Shown: in pieces, positions 15,765-25,774 of the stretch
Layout: every line of letters begins with the position of its first letter
Numbering within the stretch: position 1 is the first letter of the stretch
Virus record (IMG/VR): IMGVR_UViG_3300024344_000016
Coordinates: 1-56,423 of that record
Reading direction: 5' to 3' (one strand)
Origin: a virus
Taxonomy: Duplodnaviria > Caudoviricetes
DNA: 56,423 bases
Translations under genes and position numbers: made by a program
Notes under the pieces: generated by a model
Database searches by the model: none
Told to the model about the DNA's origin: nothing
Seen by the model: only the letters and a program-made list of their open reading frames with translations

Positions 15765-16769
15765 ATGTCAGTAAAAGATAGACCTAGCCCTGAATTTATC
15801 GAATTGCTTAAGCGATCAGGCGATTCCGATAAATCTGTTGCTATTCAAGCCCAGCGAGAGATCGCCAAGGCACTCGAACTTCCCCTGCGGAAAGGTGTTG
15901 TGTTTGGCGATATCGTTGGTGGTATTTTTGAGGCTATGCCTCTTGAACCGGGTGCAACCCCCGAATTCCCGTTGGACCTTTTGGCTCCGGGAACTGAAAT
16001 TGATCACGTCGCATTCACCAATCCCGGCAACGGTCGTATTCCAGAACGACATGTCGAAGGTGACTACGTGATGATCAATACTTACGGCATCACAAGTGCG
16101 ATTGACTTCCTGCTTAAGTATGCTCGTGAGGCTAACTGGAATGTTGTTGCAAGAGCCATGCAGGTTCTTGAATCTTCCTTTGTGAAGAAAATCAACGACG
16201 ACGGTTGGCATACCCTTCTGGCCGCTGCTGTTGACCGTAATATCTTGGTCTACGATGCAGATGCCGCTGCTGGTCAGTTCACTAAGCGGCTGGTCAGCCT
16301 CATGAAGACCGTTATGCGTCGAAACGGCGGTGGTAACAGTGTTACTGCTCCGGGTCGCTTGACGGACCTTTACATGTCCCCAGAAGCTATCGAAGATATT
16401 CGCAACTGGGGTATTGACCAGTTGGATGAAGTGTCGCGACGTGAGATCTATGTCGCTACCGATGATGGCGGTCCTCTCACCAGAGTCTTTGGTGTCAATC
16501 TTCACGACATCTTTGAATTTGGCGACAGCCAAGAATATCAGACGTACTTCACCAGTGACCTCGGCGGCTCTCTTGAGAGCAGTGATGTTGAGCTTGTTAT
16601 TGGTCTTGATCAGGGTGCAAACGACAGTTTTGTCATGCCTGTCAAGAAGGACGTTGAGATCTTTGAAGACGAAGCTCTTCATCGCCACCAGCGACAAGGC
16701 TACTATGGATGGGCCGAGCTGGGCTTTGGTGTTCTTGACAACCGACGCATTATTGCTGGCTCGTTCTAA
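15765..16769 (+). CDS. Major capsid protein (HK97 fold inferred)
   Basis: 334 aa, strong AAGGAG RBS, canonical position, followed by a terminator. Confidence 0.85.
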   Translation: MSVKDRPSPEFIELLKRSGDSDKSVAIQAQREIAKALELPLRKGVVFGDIVGGIFEAMPLEPGATPEFPLDLLAPGTEIDHVAFTNPGNGRIPERHVEGDYVMINTYGITSAIDFLLKYAREANWNVVARAMQVLESSFVKKINDDGWHTLLAAAVDRNILVYDADAAAGQFTKRLVSLMKTVMRRNGGGNSVTAPGRLTDLYMSPEAIEDIRNWGIDQLDEVSRREIYVATDDGGPLTRVFGVNLHDIFEFGDSQEYQTYFTSDLGGSLESSDVELVIGLDQGANDSFVMPVKKDVEIFEDEALHRHQRQGYYGWAELGFGVLDNRRIIAGSF

Positions 16770-16796
16770 GAACGGGAGTAATAATCCTAACAAGGG

Positions 16797-16829
16797 AAAA
16801 AGCCGCTTCGTAATGGGGCGGCTTTTTTT
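16797..16829 (+). terminator. Rho-independent terminator after the capsid gene
   Basis: AGCCGCTTC-GTAAT-GGGGCGGCT stem followed by a T run. Confidence 0.85.
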
Positions 16830-16837
16830 CTTACTTT

Positions 16838-16847
16838 TGTGTATATA
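16838..16847 (+). promoter_or_regulatory. Putative late promoter TGTGTATATA
   Basis: Immediately after the terminator, positioned to restart transcription of the next module. Confidence 0.6.
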
Positions 16848-16902
16848 ACAATACGAAGACATATATTCGTGTTCATGAACAAAATTATAGGAGTACAGAA
16901 GC

Positions 16903-17322
16903 ATGACTGCAATGTCAAATTACATGGAAAACAAGCTTATTGATCATATTTTGAGAGATACCGCTTGGTCTGCCCCGTCTAATGTCTATGTTGCTTTAGT
17001 TGGGGCCTACAGTGCTGCGGACTTAGAGGCTGGAACCATCACGGGTGAACTTACTATCGGCGGCGATTCATACGCTAGAGTCAGTGTAAAAGGAAACTCA
17101 AACTGGAGTGCCGGTAGTACTAACGGTTTAACAGACAACGAAAACGATATCAGCTTTACCACAGCAACAGGCGACTGGGGCTATGTTAGCGGGTTATTTT
17201 TGTCTAACGCATCGACCGCTGGTGACGTTATTCTCTATGGGGCATTAACAACACCTAAGATTATCGAAAACGGCGACCAGTTTGTTATCGCTGCTGGTGA
17301 CTTGGACATTACCTTTGCCTAG
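16903..17322 (+). CDS. Virion structural protein (MSNYxENxLxDH-type fibre-associated family)
   Basis: MSNYMENKLIDHILR...YARV...ATGDWG...GDLDITFA pattern common in phage structural modules. Confidence 0.7.
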   Translation: MTAMSNYMENKLIDHILRDTAWSAPSNVYVALVGAYSAADLEAGTITGELTIGGDSYARVSVKGNSNWSAGSTNGLTDNENDISFTTATGDWGYVSGLFLSNASTAGDVILYGALTTPKIIENGDQFVIAAGDLDITFA

Positions 17323-17340
17323 TAACTAGGAGAGCGGGTA

Positions 17341-18948
17341 ATGACTCAGTACTCATATACGAACAGCGATTGCAACGATGGTAGCTGGACGAACCCCGGT
17401 GGTGGCACCGGTGCGTTAAATGCAGATATTAGCGACACCCAACCGTTGAGTAGTGGTGCCGATAGCAACTACGTGTGGTCCGAAGAAGATGGCAGCATGT
17501 CTTCGGATGAATTGACGCTCCATCTAGACAATAACATTACCGATCCCGGTGCATCGGCCTCTAGTCACATAGTATATTTTAGATTCAAGGGGGATCAGGG
17601 TAGCGGAATGGGCTACCTTGATCTCACTGTGGCCTTGGTGCAGGGTGCGAATTGCGGCACACCCGGTTCGGGCACCATAATTGCTACCAAGACTGTCACA
17701 ACCGGTGGATCTTTTGCAGACGATTCTCTGGTTCTGAACTCGACCCAATCGGGCAACATAACGGACTACACCGATCTCCAGCTCCGTTTCACTCGTGATG
17801 CTGGCACTATGGACGAATCGGTTTATGTTTCTCAGGCGTATTTTGCGGCCCCAGCAGTTCCCAGTGCGACAGAAGATTTTCGTGTAAATGATAGGGTAAA
17901 AGAGACCACCACAAGCACTGGTACTGGCACAATCAATCTAGCTGGTGCGGCAACCGGATATCAGACCTTTGTAGCTGGCATTGGTAATGGCAATATGACG
18001 TACTATGTCATAGAGGATGCCAATAACGCTTGGGAAGTTGGTATAGGCAAGGTCACAGATGCTAGCCCCGACACCCTGTCTAGAGATAAGATTATATCCA
18101 ATAGTTCGGGAAATACAAGTGCAATCACCCTTTCCAGTGGAACGCATAATGTTTTTTGTGGCTCTCCTTCTCAAACTTCAATCGCGGACACACAGATCAA
18201 AACTGGCACCTACACAGTTACTCAAGAAGATAGCACGATATTGTGTGACTCCACTAGTGCCTTTACTGTTACGATGCCAACGGCAGCAGCCGGTTATTTA
18301 GGTCTGAAAGTCCTCATTAAAAAGGTTACCGACGACACCAATATAGTAACCATCAGTAGCAGTGGGGGTAGCGATTTTGAAGACGAGGACGCTTCTGGTG
18401 GCACAAACACCCTGAAGCTACACCTTCAGGGCGATAGCTATGAACTTATGTGTTCGAGAATATCTAGCTATGCATATCAGTGGGTAACGGTCAATAAAAA
18501 CTTGACTCCACATTCGGCTCAAATAGAACAGCGTTCAACACAGTCTATTGCCAATGTGACAACCACTACAATCGACATGACTCACACCTTGTATTCACAG
18601 GGGTGTACGGCAGACCTCACTAATAACTATATAAAAATTACGAGAAAAGGTAAATATCTGTGTGGTTGCCATCTGAGAATGCAGTCAATGACTAGTGAGA
18701 ATAAATATATAGCGGCAGACGTGCAGTACCATGACGATAGTGCGGGAACCAATCACAACAGAGGAACCGTGACAGCTAGACCGTCACATTCCGACAAGCC
18801 CGCCGTTCACATGTCGACATTATTAGACTTAGATGTTGATGATTATGTCATTGCGAGAGCCTACCACAATCACGGTAGTGCGAGAAATACCGACTCCGCA
18901 ACTGCGGACTACTCATATGCGTACCTCTTTGTACAGGAGGTTAGATAA
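17341..18948 (+). CDS. Multi-domain fibre/spike-like virion protein
   Basis: Ser/Thr/Gly-rich; internal DRVKETTTSTGTG module; C-terminal ITRKGKYL...LDLDVDDYV segment resembling C1q/TNF-like beta domains. Confidence 0.6.
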   Translation: MTQYSYTNSDCNDGSWTNPGGGTGALNADISDTQPLSSGADSNYVWSEEDGSMSSDELTLHLDNNITDPGASASSHIVYFRFKGDQGSGMGYLDLTVALVQGANCGTPGSGTIIATKTVTTGGSFADDSLVLNSTQSGNITDYTDLQLRFTRDAGTMDESVYVSQAYFAAPAVPSATEDFRVNDRVKETTTSTGTGTINLAGAATGYQTFVAGIGNGNMTYYVIEDANNAWEVGIGKVTDASPDTLSRDKIISNSSGNTSAITLSSGTHNVFCGSPSQTSIADTQIKTGTYTVTQEDSTILCDSTSAFTVTMPTAAAGYLGLKVLIKKVTDDTNIVTISSSGGSDFEDEDASGGTNTLKLHLQGDSYELMCSRISSYAYQWVTVNKNLTPHSAQIEQRSTQSIANVTTTTIDMTHTLYSQGCTADLTNNYIKITRKGKYLCGCHLRMQSMTSENKYIAADVQYHDDSAGTNHNRGTVTARPSHSDKPAVHMSTLLDLDVDDYVIARAYHNHGSARNTDSATADYSYAYLFVQEVR

Positions 18949-19499
18949 TGAACTTATATGCTCAATCCAGCCTTACTGCCAGTGCTAAAGTAATCAAGCT
19001 TATTTCTAGTGTGGAGATTTCCCCAGAAAACAACCTGCCCAAAATAGTCGAACTAGCGGGAGGGGGGAGCGGGTTCTACTACAGTGGTGGATGGTTATAC
19101 GTTGAGGGTGTTTTTCAGGTGGAACTTGACAACGCTTTAACGGCTTATAATTCTGATCTAGAGGCATATGTTCTTGAGCCTCTCCGAGAGACAAAAAAAG
19201 ACGAGGTTGCCGAGGAGGCGAACAGCTATATAGAATTATCTTATCCCTCTTTTAGACGCGAGCTATTCATTGCTTTAGCCGAAGAGGCTAGAAATGATGG
19301 TCTTACGAACAGAGCCGCATATATCAATCAGCTTTTGGCGTGGGTAAAAACCGTTGTGGCACAGACTATTGTATATGGGGATGCGATAGACGCGGAAACC
19401 GATATTGACACTATAACTAATTATACTGCTGATTACAGTTCTTTTGACGCAACAAATCCTAATGTTACAATAAAAGCGGCTTTGGCAATACCAGACTAG
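18948..19499 (+). CDS. Hypothetical protein (possible fibre assembly chaperone)
   Basis: TAATG coupling to the fibre gene; function from position only. Confidence 0.55.
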   Translation: MNLYAQSSLTASAKVIKLISSVEISPENNLPKIVELAGGGSGFYYSGGWLYVEGVFQVELDNALTAYNSDLEAYVLEPLRETKKDEVAEEANSYIELSYPSFRRELFIALAEEARNDGLTNRAAYINQLLAWVKTVVAQTIVYGDAIDAETDIDTITNYTADYSSFDATNPNVTIKAALAIPD

Positions 19500-19509
19500 G
19501 GGGGCTGAC

Positions 19510-21273
19510 ATGACTTATTCGGGTGCTCCTTATAGTTCCACCCCTTATGCGGGTTCTCCTCCCACTACCGGCGGAGTGGTTAATGGTGCTGCCGCTATCA
19601 CGGCGACAGCCTCTGTAACGACTACAGGAACCCGAAGGCGATTTGGAGCCACATCTCTTTCTGCCACAGCAGCCGTTTCTGCGGCTGGTTTTAGACGACG
19701 CTTTGGTGCCACCTCCATCTCCGCCACGGCTACCGTTTCTGCAACCGCCACCAGACGGCAATTTGGAGCCACGTCCGTTTCTGCTACAGCCACGATTAGT
19801 TCGGCTGCGACGAGAAAACGTTTTGTAGCCACGTCGCTTTCTGCTACGGCGACGGTTAGTTCGGTTGCGGCGAGGAAGCGTTTTGCAGGCACGTCGCTTT
19901 CTGCTACGGCGACGGTTAGTTCGGTTGCGACGAGGAAGCGTTTTGCAGGTACGTCGCTTTCGGCCACGGCTACTGTAACTACCGCCGGAATGAGAAAGAG
20001 GTTTGGAGCGACCTCTGTGTCGGCAACAGCTACAATTACCGCTGCCGGAGCAAGAAGACGTTTCAGTGCAGCCTCTTTATCGGCCACAGCAACAGTTACA
20101 TCCGTAGGAACCCGAAGACAATTTGGTGCCTCTTCACTTTCTGCTACAGCTACAGTTTCAGTCACTGCTACCAGAAAACGGTTTGGGGCCACTTCAGTTA
20201 CTGCGACAGCCTCAATCAGTTGTGTTGCCTCTAGGAGACGGTTCGCAGCCGCGTCTATTTCAGCGACTGCTACGATGTCTACGACTGCGTATCGTAAGCG
20301 ATATGGGGCTACATCTATTTCAGCCACCGCGACGGTTTCCTCCACCGCGACCCGTAGACAGTTTGCGACCACATCCATTTCGGCCACGGCGACAGTTTCC
20401 GCAGCCGCTTTCAGGCGTCGACTTGGAGCCACTTCTGTTTCAGCCACAGCCGCAGTTACTTCTGTGGCGACTAGAAAAAGATTTGGAGACGCTTCTTTAG
20501 AAGGAACTGCCACCTTAAACGCCTCTGGAGGCACAGGAGGCGAAGTCAACGGCGTAGCTAGCTTGACCGCAACAGCTACGGTTACTGCTGTCGCGTTGCG
20601 TAGACAATTTGCCGCTACGTCTTTGAGTGCGACCGCCACTGTATCCACCACTGGAGCAAGAAAACGTTTTGCAGCGATCTCTTTATCGGCCACCGCGACG
20701 GTATCAGCCGCAGGTATGCGAAAAAGATTTGGAGCATCTTCTTTCTCGGCTACCGCTACTGTCACTACCACCGCAACACGAAAACGCTTTGGAGCAGCCT
20801 CCATTTCCGGCACCGCGACAATGTCGACCAGCGGCTCAAGAAAACGCTTTGGAGCGGCTTCCATCTCGGCAACCGCCCAAATATCTGTTTCTGGGACGGT
20901 AAAGAAACTGGGAAGTTCAGCCCTAAACGCCTCTGCAACACTATCAGCTTCAGCAAAACGTGTAAGAGGCACCGCCTCGTCGTTGTCCGCTACAGCAACC
21001 CTGACAGCCGCCGCCGTGACTGGAGGACAGGTAAACGGAGTCGCGTCATTATCCGCGTCAGCCTCTTTGGCAGCTATAGGAAAAATCAATCAATTTCCAG
21101 ATGTGGCAGAGTTTATTGTGTATATTAATAGGGATGCTGAATATACTGCAAATATCAGCAGATCATACGAAAAAACCGCAAACATCAATACGTTGTCGGG
21201 CTTTACAGCCAATATAGATACTTCGACGCCTTACGAGACAAACATAGAAACCCTTAGAGAATTCGTAGGATAA
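19510..21273 (+). CDS. Basic Ser/Thr/Ala-rich 20-aa tandem-repeat virion protein
   Basis: About 20 canonical R(K/R)RFGATSLSATATVSxxxx units plus degenerate ones; 60-bp DNA periodicity. Confidence 0.8.
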   Translation: MTYSGAPYSSTPYAGSPPTTGGVVNGAAAITATASVTTTGTRRRFGATSLSATAAVSAAGFRRRFGATSISATATVSATATRRQFGATSVSATATISSAATRKRFVATSLSATATVSSVAARKRFAGTSLSATATVSSVATRKRFAGTSLSATATVTTAGMRKRFGATSVSATATITAAGARRRFSAASLSATATVTSVGTRRQFGASSLSATATVSVTATRKRFGATSVTATASISCVASRRRFAAASISATATMSTTAYRKRYGATSISATATVSSTATRRQFATTSISATATVSAAAFRRRLGATSVSATAAVTSVATRKRFGDASLEGTATLNASGGTGGEVNGVASLTATATVTAVALRRQFAATSLSATATVSTTGARKRFAAISLSATATVSAAGMRKRFGASSFSATATVTTTATRKRFGAASISGTATMSTSGSRKRFGAASISATAQISVSGTVKKLGSSALNASATLSASAKRVRGTASSLSATATLTAAAVTGGQVNGVASLSASASLAAIGKINQFPDVAEFIVYINRDAEYTANISRSYEKTANINTLSGFTANIDTSTPYETNIETLREFVG

Positions 21274-21277
21274 AATT

Positions 21278-21586
21278 ATGGCAGCAAATGAAATACATGT
21301 CAACGACGTTGGCACCACTTTCCAGCTAACTTTCAAGGATGATGGTTCGATTGTTGATGTCAGTTCTGCCTCTGCTGTAGAAGTACTGCTTATGGGTCCA
21401 GACGACACAGCGGTCACAAAAACCGCGACACTTGTTTCAGATGGAACAGACGGAAAAGTCAAGTATGTGACCGTATCTGGGGACATAGACACCGCCGGTA
21501 CTTGGAAAATTCAAGGCAAAGTAACCTTCGCCACTAATATATACAATAGCGATGTTCACACCTTTACCGTTTATAAAAATCTGTAG
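21278..21586 (+). CDS. BppU-N-like Ig-type structural protein
   Basis: DVGTTFQLT...DGKVKYV...DIDTAGTWKIQGKV pattern. Confidence 0.65.
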   Translation: MAANEIHVNDVGTTFQLTFKDDGSIVDVSSASAVEVLLMGPDDTAVTKTATLVSDGTDGKVKYVTVSGDIDTAGTWKIQGKVTFATNIYNSDVHTFTVYKNL

Positions 21587-21609
21587 GGTGTCTTTTATAG
21601 GGGAATAAT

Positions 21610-22113
21610 ATGGCTTGGACGACAGATTTAGTCTTGATGCTAAGAACGCTGATAGGCGACCTAGACTCAACAAAATACACAGACACCAGATTACAGCAGG
21701 TGTTATCCATTGGTGCATATAATGTCAATAACGACGCACCTTTTAACAATAACTATACTATCGACGTTAACGCCTTAACTATTAGCCCCGATCCAATAAC
21801 ACAAAATGACACAGACTTCAATGTGCTAACTATTTACAAGAGTGCCTGCATCCTGCTTGGAAGTGAGGTCAAAACAGAATCCAACAACGCTATCTCTATC
21901 AAGGACGGCCCTTCTTCAATTGATCTTAGGGGCGTTAGTCAAAGCTTAGGGGTTATGTATAAAGATTTCTGTGAAAAATATGACGAGCTACTGAGAAAGT
22001 ACAACTACGAGAAAGGTAGTGGAGACGGCACACCCGCTGGGGTTGCTATACTTGGACCTTACAGCCCAGCAAGCTGGGGTGTCAGTTACAACAACAACGG
22101 TGGATACTATTAA
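21610..22113 (+). CDS. Head-tail adaptor (putative)
   Basis: LRTLIGD...YTDTRL N-terminus; position between head and tail genes. Confidence 0.6.
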   Translation: MAWTTDLVLMLRTLIGDLDSTKYTDTRLQQVLSIGAYNVNNDAPFNNNYTIDVNALTISPDPITQNDTDFNVLTIYKSACILLGSEVKTESNNAISIKDGPSSIDLRGVSQSLGVMYKDFCEKYDELLRKYNYEKGSGDGTPAGVAILGPYSPASWGVSYNNNGGYY

Positions 22114-22144
22114 TCGCACACATTTTATTTAGGAGAGAATAGAA

Positions 22145-22594
22145 ATGGCTGTTACAGCAAAAATTAAATCAGGTAGTGGTTTCAATGAGGGGGGTGGCTA
22201 CGTAGGGGATGGTACAGGAACGTTCTCCAAAAGTCAGCTAGTTAGTGGTGGAATCAATCAAGATACAATGGCTCTTCCCGGAGATGCGGCTAAATTCCAC
22301 AACGATGCGTTAACCCTTTCAGTTAGTGTTGGTGCGACTACCGGTACACTTGTTGCCGCAGTGCCAAACCGGTCTGTCGAGGTATTGAGTTACACAATCA
22401 TTACCGATGCGGCTACTACGGTTACTTGGCAGTCTGACGGCAACGCTTTGTCTGGTGGCATGACGATTAGTTCCAATGGCGGTATTTCGTCCAACATTGG
22501 AGACACAACACTGTTCACAAATCCGGGCGAAGCTCTCAAGTTGACCAACACTGCCGGAAATGTCAATGGTCATCTTACCTATAGGATTGTATAA
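22145..22594 (+). CDS. Hypothetical virion protein
   Basis: Strong RBS; Gly/Thr-rich beta-type composition. Confidence 0.6.
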   Translation: MAVTAKIKSGSGFNEGGGYVGDGTGTFSKSQLVSGGINQDTMALPGDAAKFHNDALTLSVSVGATTGTLVAAVPNRSVEVLSYTIITDAATTVTWQSDGNALSGGMTISSNGGISSNIGDTTLFTNPGEALKLTNTAGNVNGHLTYRIV

Positions 22595-23109
22595 TGGCAC
22601 TAAGTATCCCTAGCGGGGTGTTTAACATTTACAACGACGCTGTTGCGTTGTTTGTTAGACCAGCCACTCTGGTTTATCCAGAAAAGAAGGAGCAGTGTCC
22701 GAACTGCTACCTAGACACTATGGGTACACGCTCGCGTTCTGTTAGTATCTACAGAGCCGGTGGGCCATACCCCTTTGAAAGAGGTATGCCGTGTCCGTAC
22801 TGCAACGGCAAGGGATACAAAGCGGTGGAAGCAACCGAGGAAGTCAATCTCAGGATCTATTATGACAGAAAATCTTGGGTTCAGATTGGCGTTCCTATCA
22901 ATATACCGGATGGATCGATCCAGACAGTGTGCGATATGACGGATCTTCCAAAAATAGAAAAGTGCAAGTATATGATACCGCAGTATAATGGTATAGAGAA
23001 TTATGACCCAAATGCCAGATACGAGCGGTCTGGTGCCTCGCATCCACAGGGCTTTAAACAAAATCCTACGAAATACGCGGTTACTTTTTGGAATAGAATG
23101 AATGGCTAA
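22594..23109 (+). CDS. Head closure/stopper-like protein with Zn finger
   Basis: CPNC...CPYCNGKG; position in the neck module. Confidence 0.55.
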   Translation: MALSIPSGVFNIYNDAVALFVRPATLVYPEKKEQCPNCYLDTMGTRSRSVSIYRAGGPYPFERGMPCPYCNGKGYKAVEATEEVNLRIYYDRKSWVQIGVPINIPDGSIQTVCDMTDLPKIEKCKYMIPQYNGIENYDPNARYERSGASHPQGFKQNPTKYAVTFWNRMNG

Positions 23110-23710
23110 GACATCACTAAACATAACGGAATCTAATGCGGTTATTCAAAAAAGAATAAACGTAGCCTTGGCTCGTCCGCTTAACAAAAAGCTGCAAGCA
23201 GCGGCCCGCAAAATAAAATCCGCAGTTTCCCCCGTCATCGAGGCGGCCCTTTTGAGCAGTCCCGAAATGTCTTCTGTGAGTAGTGGCTCTCTGAGAGCCG
23301 AGTTCGGTCTAGAGGCTGACCCGTCTTCCGAGATTGTTTCTGCAATAGTTGGCAGTCTGGATGTGGTGGTTGATCCAGTTGACCGAAACTTGAATGGTGG
23401 TGTTACCTTGGTTGTGCAACCCAAGAGCTTTGCTAACCTCTTGAGTCTTTCGTCAGCCGAACAACCAATAAACGGAGGAAGTATACCTTGGTTACGTTGG
23501 CTATTGACTGTTGGCGATTCCGTCATTATTGCTGATTTTGGTGTTGAGTTTGGGCCGCATGGTAGATCAGGGGGCGGTAGGATGTCTCCCAATTTCGCTC
23601 CCTACAAGGTGCCTAGCAGCTTTTCTGGGACAGCGGACGATAACTTTATCACAAGGGCCATAGGACGAGTATTTCCTGAAATACAATCGATCATAAGAAG
23701 GGCATTTTAA
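23102..23710 (+). CDS. Neck/tail completion protein (putative)
   Basis: Position in the neck module; C-terminal NFITRAI. Confidence 0.5.
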   Translation: MAKTSLNITESNAVIQKRINVALARPLNKKLQAAARKIKSAVSPVIEAALLSSPEMSSVSSGSLRAEFGLEADPSSEIVSAIVGSLDVVVDPVDRNLNGGVTLVVQPKSFANLLSLSSAEQPINGGSIPWLRWLLTVGDSVIIADFGVEFGPHGRSGGGRMSPNFAPYKVPSSFSGTADDNFITRAIGRVFPEIQSIIRRAF

Positions 23711-23711
23711 C

Positions 23712-24683
23712 ATGGTAGGAGGATCAGACACAAAACTTCGATTGGTACCGGGCCGCGAGCCTAATGACGCCACCATTTCCGAAGTTCTGTTAGACAACTT
23801 TATCAATTTTTACGATTGGGGATTTGTGGATGCTGGTCAATTTTACACGATTAGCATTCCGCAGTCTGGTATCTATGGTGGGGATCGACATAAGTTGAGG
23901 GTGGTGGATTCTCCGAATTACACCGCTGGTCAAGTTTGGGAGGGGTATCGTCAAAACTGGGTATGGGAATCTGGTGTAGATGGAACCACAGAGCAACCAA
24001 TACAGATATCAGGAGTTTTTGTTGATAACACTTTTTACGCTACAGGAAATGTCACCAAGCCTTTCTATATAGATTACCCCAACGGTAGGGTTGTGTTTGA
24101 TTCTGCCATAACGACCACCAGTGCTGTTCACCTAGAATACAGCCACAAATGGTTACAGGTTGTTCCCGCTAAGGGTATACCTTGGTTCCAACAACTCCAA
24201 CAGAGATCCTTTAGAACTGAAGAGAATTTTCAAGTTTCTGGTTCTGGAGGATGGATGCAGTTGGGACAAACTAGGGTTCAGTTACCCGCGTTGGCGGTGG
24301 AAGTTGTTCCAGCGGTTTCGACCAAGCCCTACGCTCTGGGGGGCGGGCAGTGGGTGAACTCAGATATAGTTTTTTATGTTATGACAGAAAATCACTGGGA
24401 ATGCACAAATATCATGGATAATATTGTGCAACAAAATGATAGAAGTTTGACGCTCTTCAATCCCACCCAAGTCTCCATATCTGGTGCTTCACCCCTAAAT
24501 TATCGGAACGAGCTTCGTGAACACGCTATTCCTAGCGGTTTATACCCCAACTTGGTAAAATACCACTCTTGGGGCGAAAGAAAATGCTTTATAAATCAGT
24601 CCAGAGGTGGAAGTATCGTAGAATTGTCGTCTGATTTGTATATGGGCACCGCTAGGTGCAGCACCGAAGTTAAACCATTTTAA
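23712..24683 (+). CDS. Tail terminator-like protein (putative)
   Basis: Directly before the tail tube gene; VQLPALAVE...LGGG segment. Confidence 0.55.
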   Translation: MVGGSDTKLRLVPGREPNDATISEVLLDNFINFYDWGFVDAGQFYTISIPQSGIYGGDRHKLRVVDSPNYTAGQVWEGYRQNWVWESGVDGTTEQPIQISGVFVDNTFYATGNVTKPFYIDYPNGRVVFDSAITTTSAVHLEYSHKWLQVVPAKGIPWFQQLQQRSFRTEENFQVSGSGGWMQLGQTRVQLPALAVEVVPAVSTKPYALGGGQWVNSDIVFYVMTENHWECTNIMDNIVQQNDRSLTLFNPTQVSISGASPLNYRNELREHAIPSGLYPNLVKYHSWGERKCFINQSRGGSIVELSSDLYMGTARCSTEVKPF

Positions 24684-24691
24684 ATGGTTTT

Positions 24692-24701
24692 TGTGTATAT
24701 A
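24692..24701 (+). promoter_or_regulatory. Putative late promoter TGTGTATATA
   Basis: Intergenic, ~45 bp upstream of the tail tube gene. Confidence 0.6.
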
Positions 24702-24743
24702 TTAGTAGTCTTTACCAGAGGACCAAAACAAGGGAGAATATAA

Positions 24744-25745
24744 ATGGCACGTAACCAAAGAATATTCTATGCCTGCCAAGCCGTTATTATCATGCAGGAG
24801 GGGACAGATGTAGCCTCTACTGGCGTGGTCAAAGGTCTCCAGAGTGTTGGAATGAGTTCTAACTTTACTTTGGATCAGGTCTTTGAAATGGGGCAGCTAG
24901 AAATTTACGAAAACGTCGAAGATGTTGCCGATATCGAAGTAACCTTAGAAAAGGTTATCGACGGAAATAAGCTCATCTTCGATTTGGCGTCAAACGGTGC
25001 ATGTAAGACGAGTCTTGTCTCCGCATCGAAAAACAAGTGCGATGTGTACTTGGGTATTTTTGATGATGGTGTTGACAATGCTACCGGCACGCCACGTAAT
25101 GTGTGTTGGAACTCCGGTATGTATACGTCCTCTGTTTCCTATAGTTATAGTATCGACGGTAGTGCAACCGAGTCTGTTACCTTAGTTGGTAACAATAGAG
25201 CTTGGAACGCGGTGTCCTTCAACTCGACGACGGCGTCAACACGGTGGGGATCTACCGATCATACTGCTGCTTTTGACGGTACTGATGTTCCGAAGTCTGG
25301 TGTGGTTCGTCGTAACCATGTTAACGTTGCAGGATCAACACTGCCAGCTATCGTGAAGGAACAAAAGGGCGACGATGCTACCGGAATCGGTGGCGGATAT
25401 CACCTCCAGAGCTGCTCTGTTAGCACTGACATGAGTCAGGAAAACATCTTGGAACTGGGTCGATTTAGCCCGTATACAAGATATGCAACGTTCCCAATCG
25501 AAGTTACCTGTGAGTTTGAAGTTATCGCCACCTCTGGTGATCTTCAAACCGTGTCTGGTGACGGTACTAACCTGAGTAATGAATCTATTATCATTCAGGA
25601 TACTGCTGGTACTGTTCTCAACTTGGGAACCAAGAACAAGCTGTCGTCTGTTTCTTATTCCGGTGGGGATACCGGTGGTGGAAATGCTACGGTTTCTTAC
25701 TCATACAGTAACTTTAACTCACTTACGGTTAATGGTGGTAGTTAA
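24744..25745 (+). CDS. Major tail (tube) protein
   Basis: GLQSVG...QVFEMGQLEIYE and a second ENILELGR copy; strong RBS; upstream of chaperone-like genes and the tape measure gene. Confidence 0.7.
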   Translation: MARNQRIFYACQAVIIMQEGTDVASTGVVKGLQSVGMSSNFTLDQVFEMGQLEIYENVEDVADIEVTLEKVIDGNKLIFDLASNGACKTSLVSASKNKCDVYLGIFDDGVDNATGTPRNVCWNSGMYTSSVSYSYSIDGSATESVTLVGNNRAWNAVSFNSTTASTRWGSTDHTAAFDGTDVPKSGVVRRNHVNVAGSTLPAIVKEQKGDDATGIGGGYHLQSCSVSTDMSQENILELGRFSPYTRYATFPIEVTCEFEVIATSGDLQTVSGDGTNLSNESIIIQDTAGTVLNLGTKNKLSSVSYSGGDTGGGNATVSYSYSNFNSLTVNGGS

Positions 25746-25774
25746 TAGATATCTATTAAACTGGGATTAGGATT

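Noticed and set aside
15816-16904. 362-aa antisense ORF over the major capsid gene (similarly 35517-36593 over the tape measure gene)
   Set aside because: Typical antisense shadows of codon-biased genes, with no recognisable motifs
19545-21089. 514-aa antisense ORF over the repeat protein
   Set aside because: Shadow frame kept open by Ala/Thr/Ser codon repetition; no RBS; opposite to the operon direction
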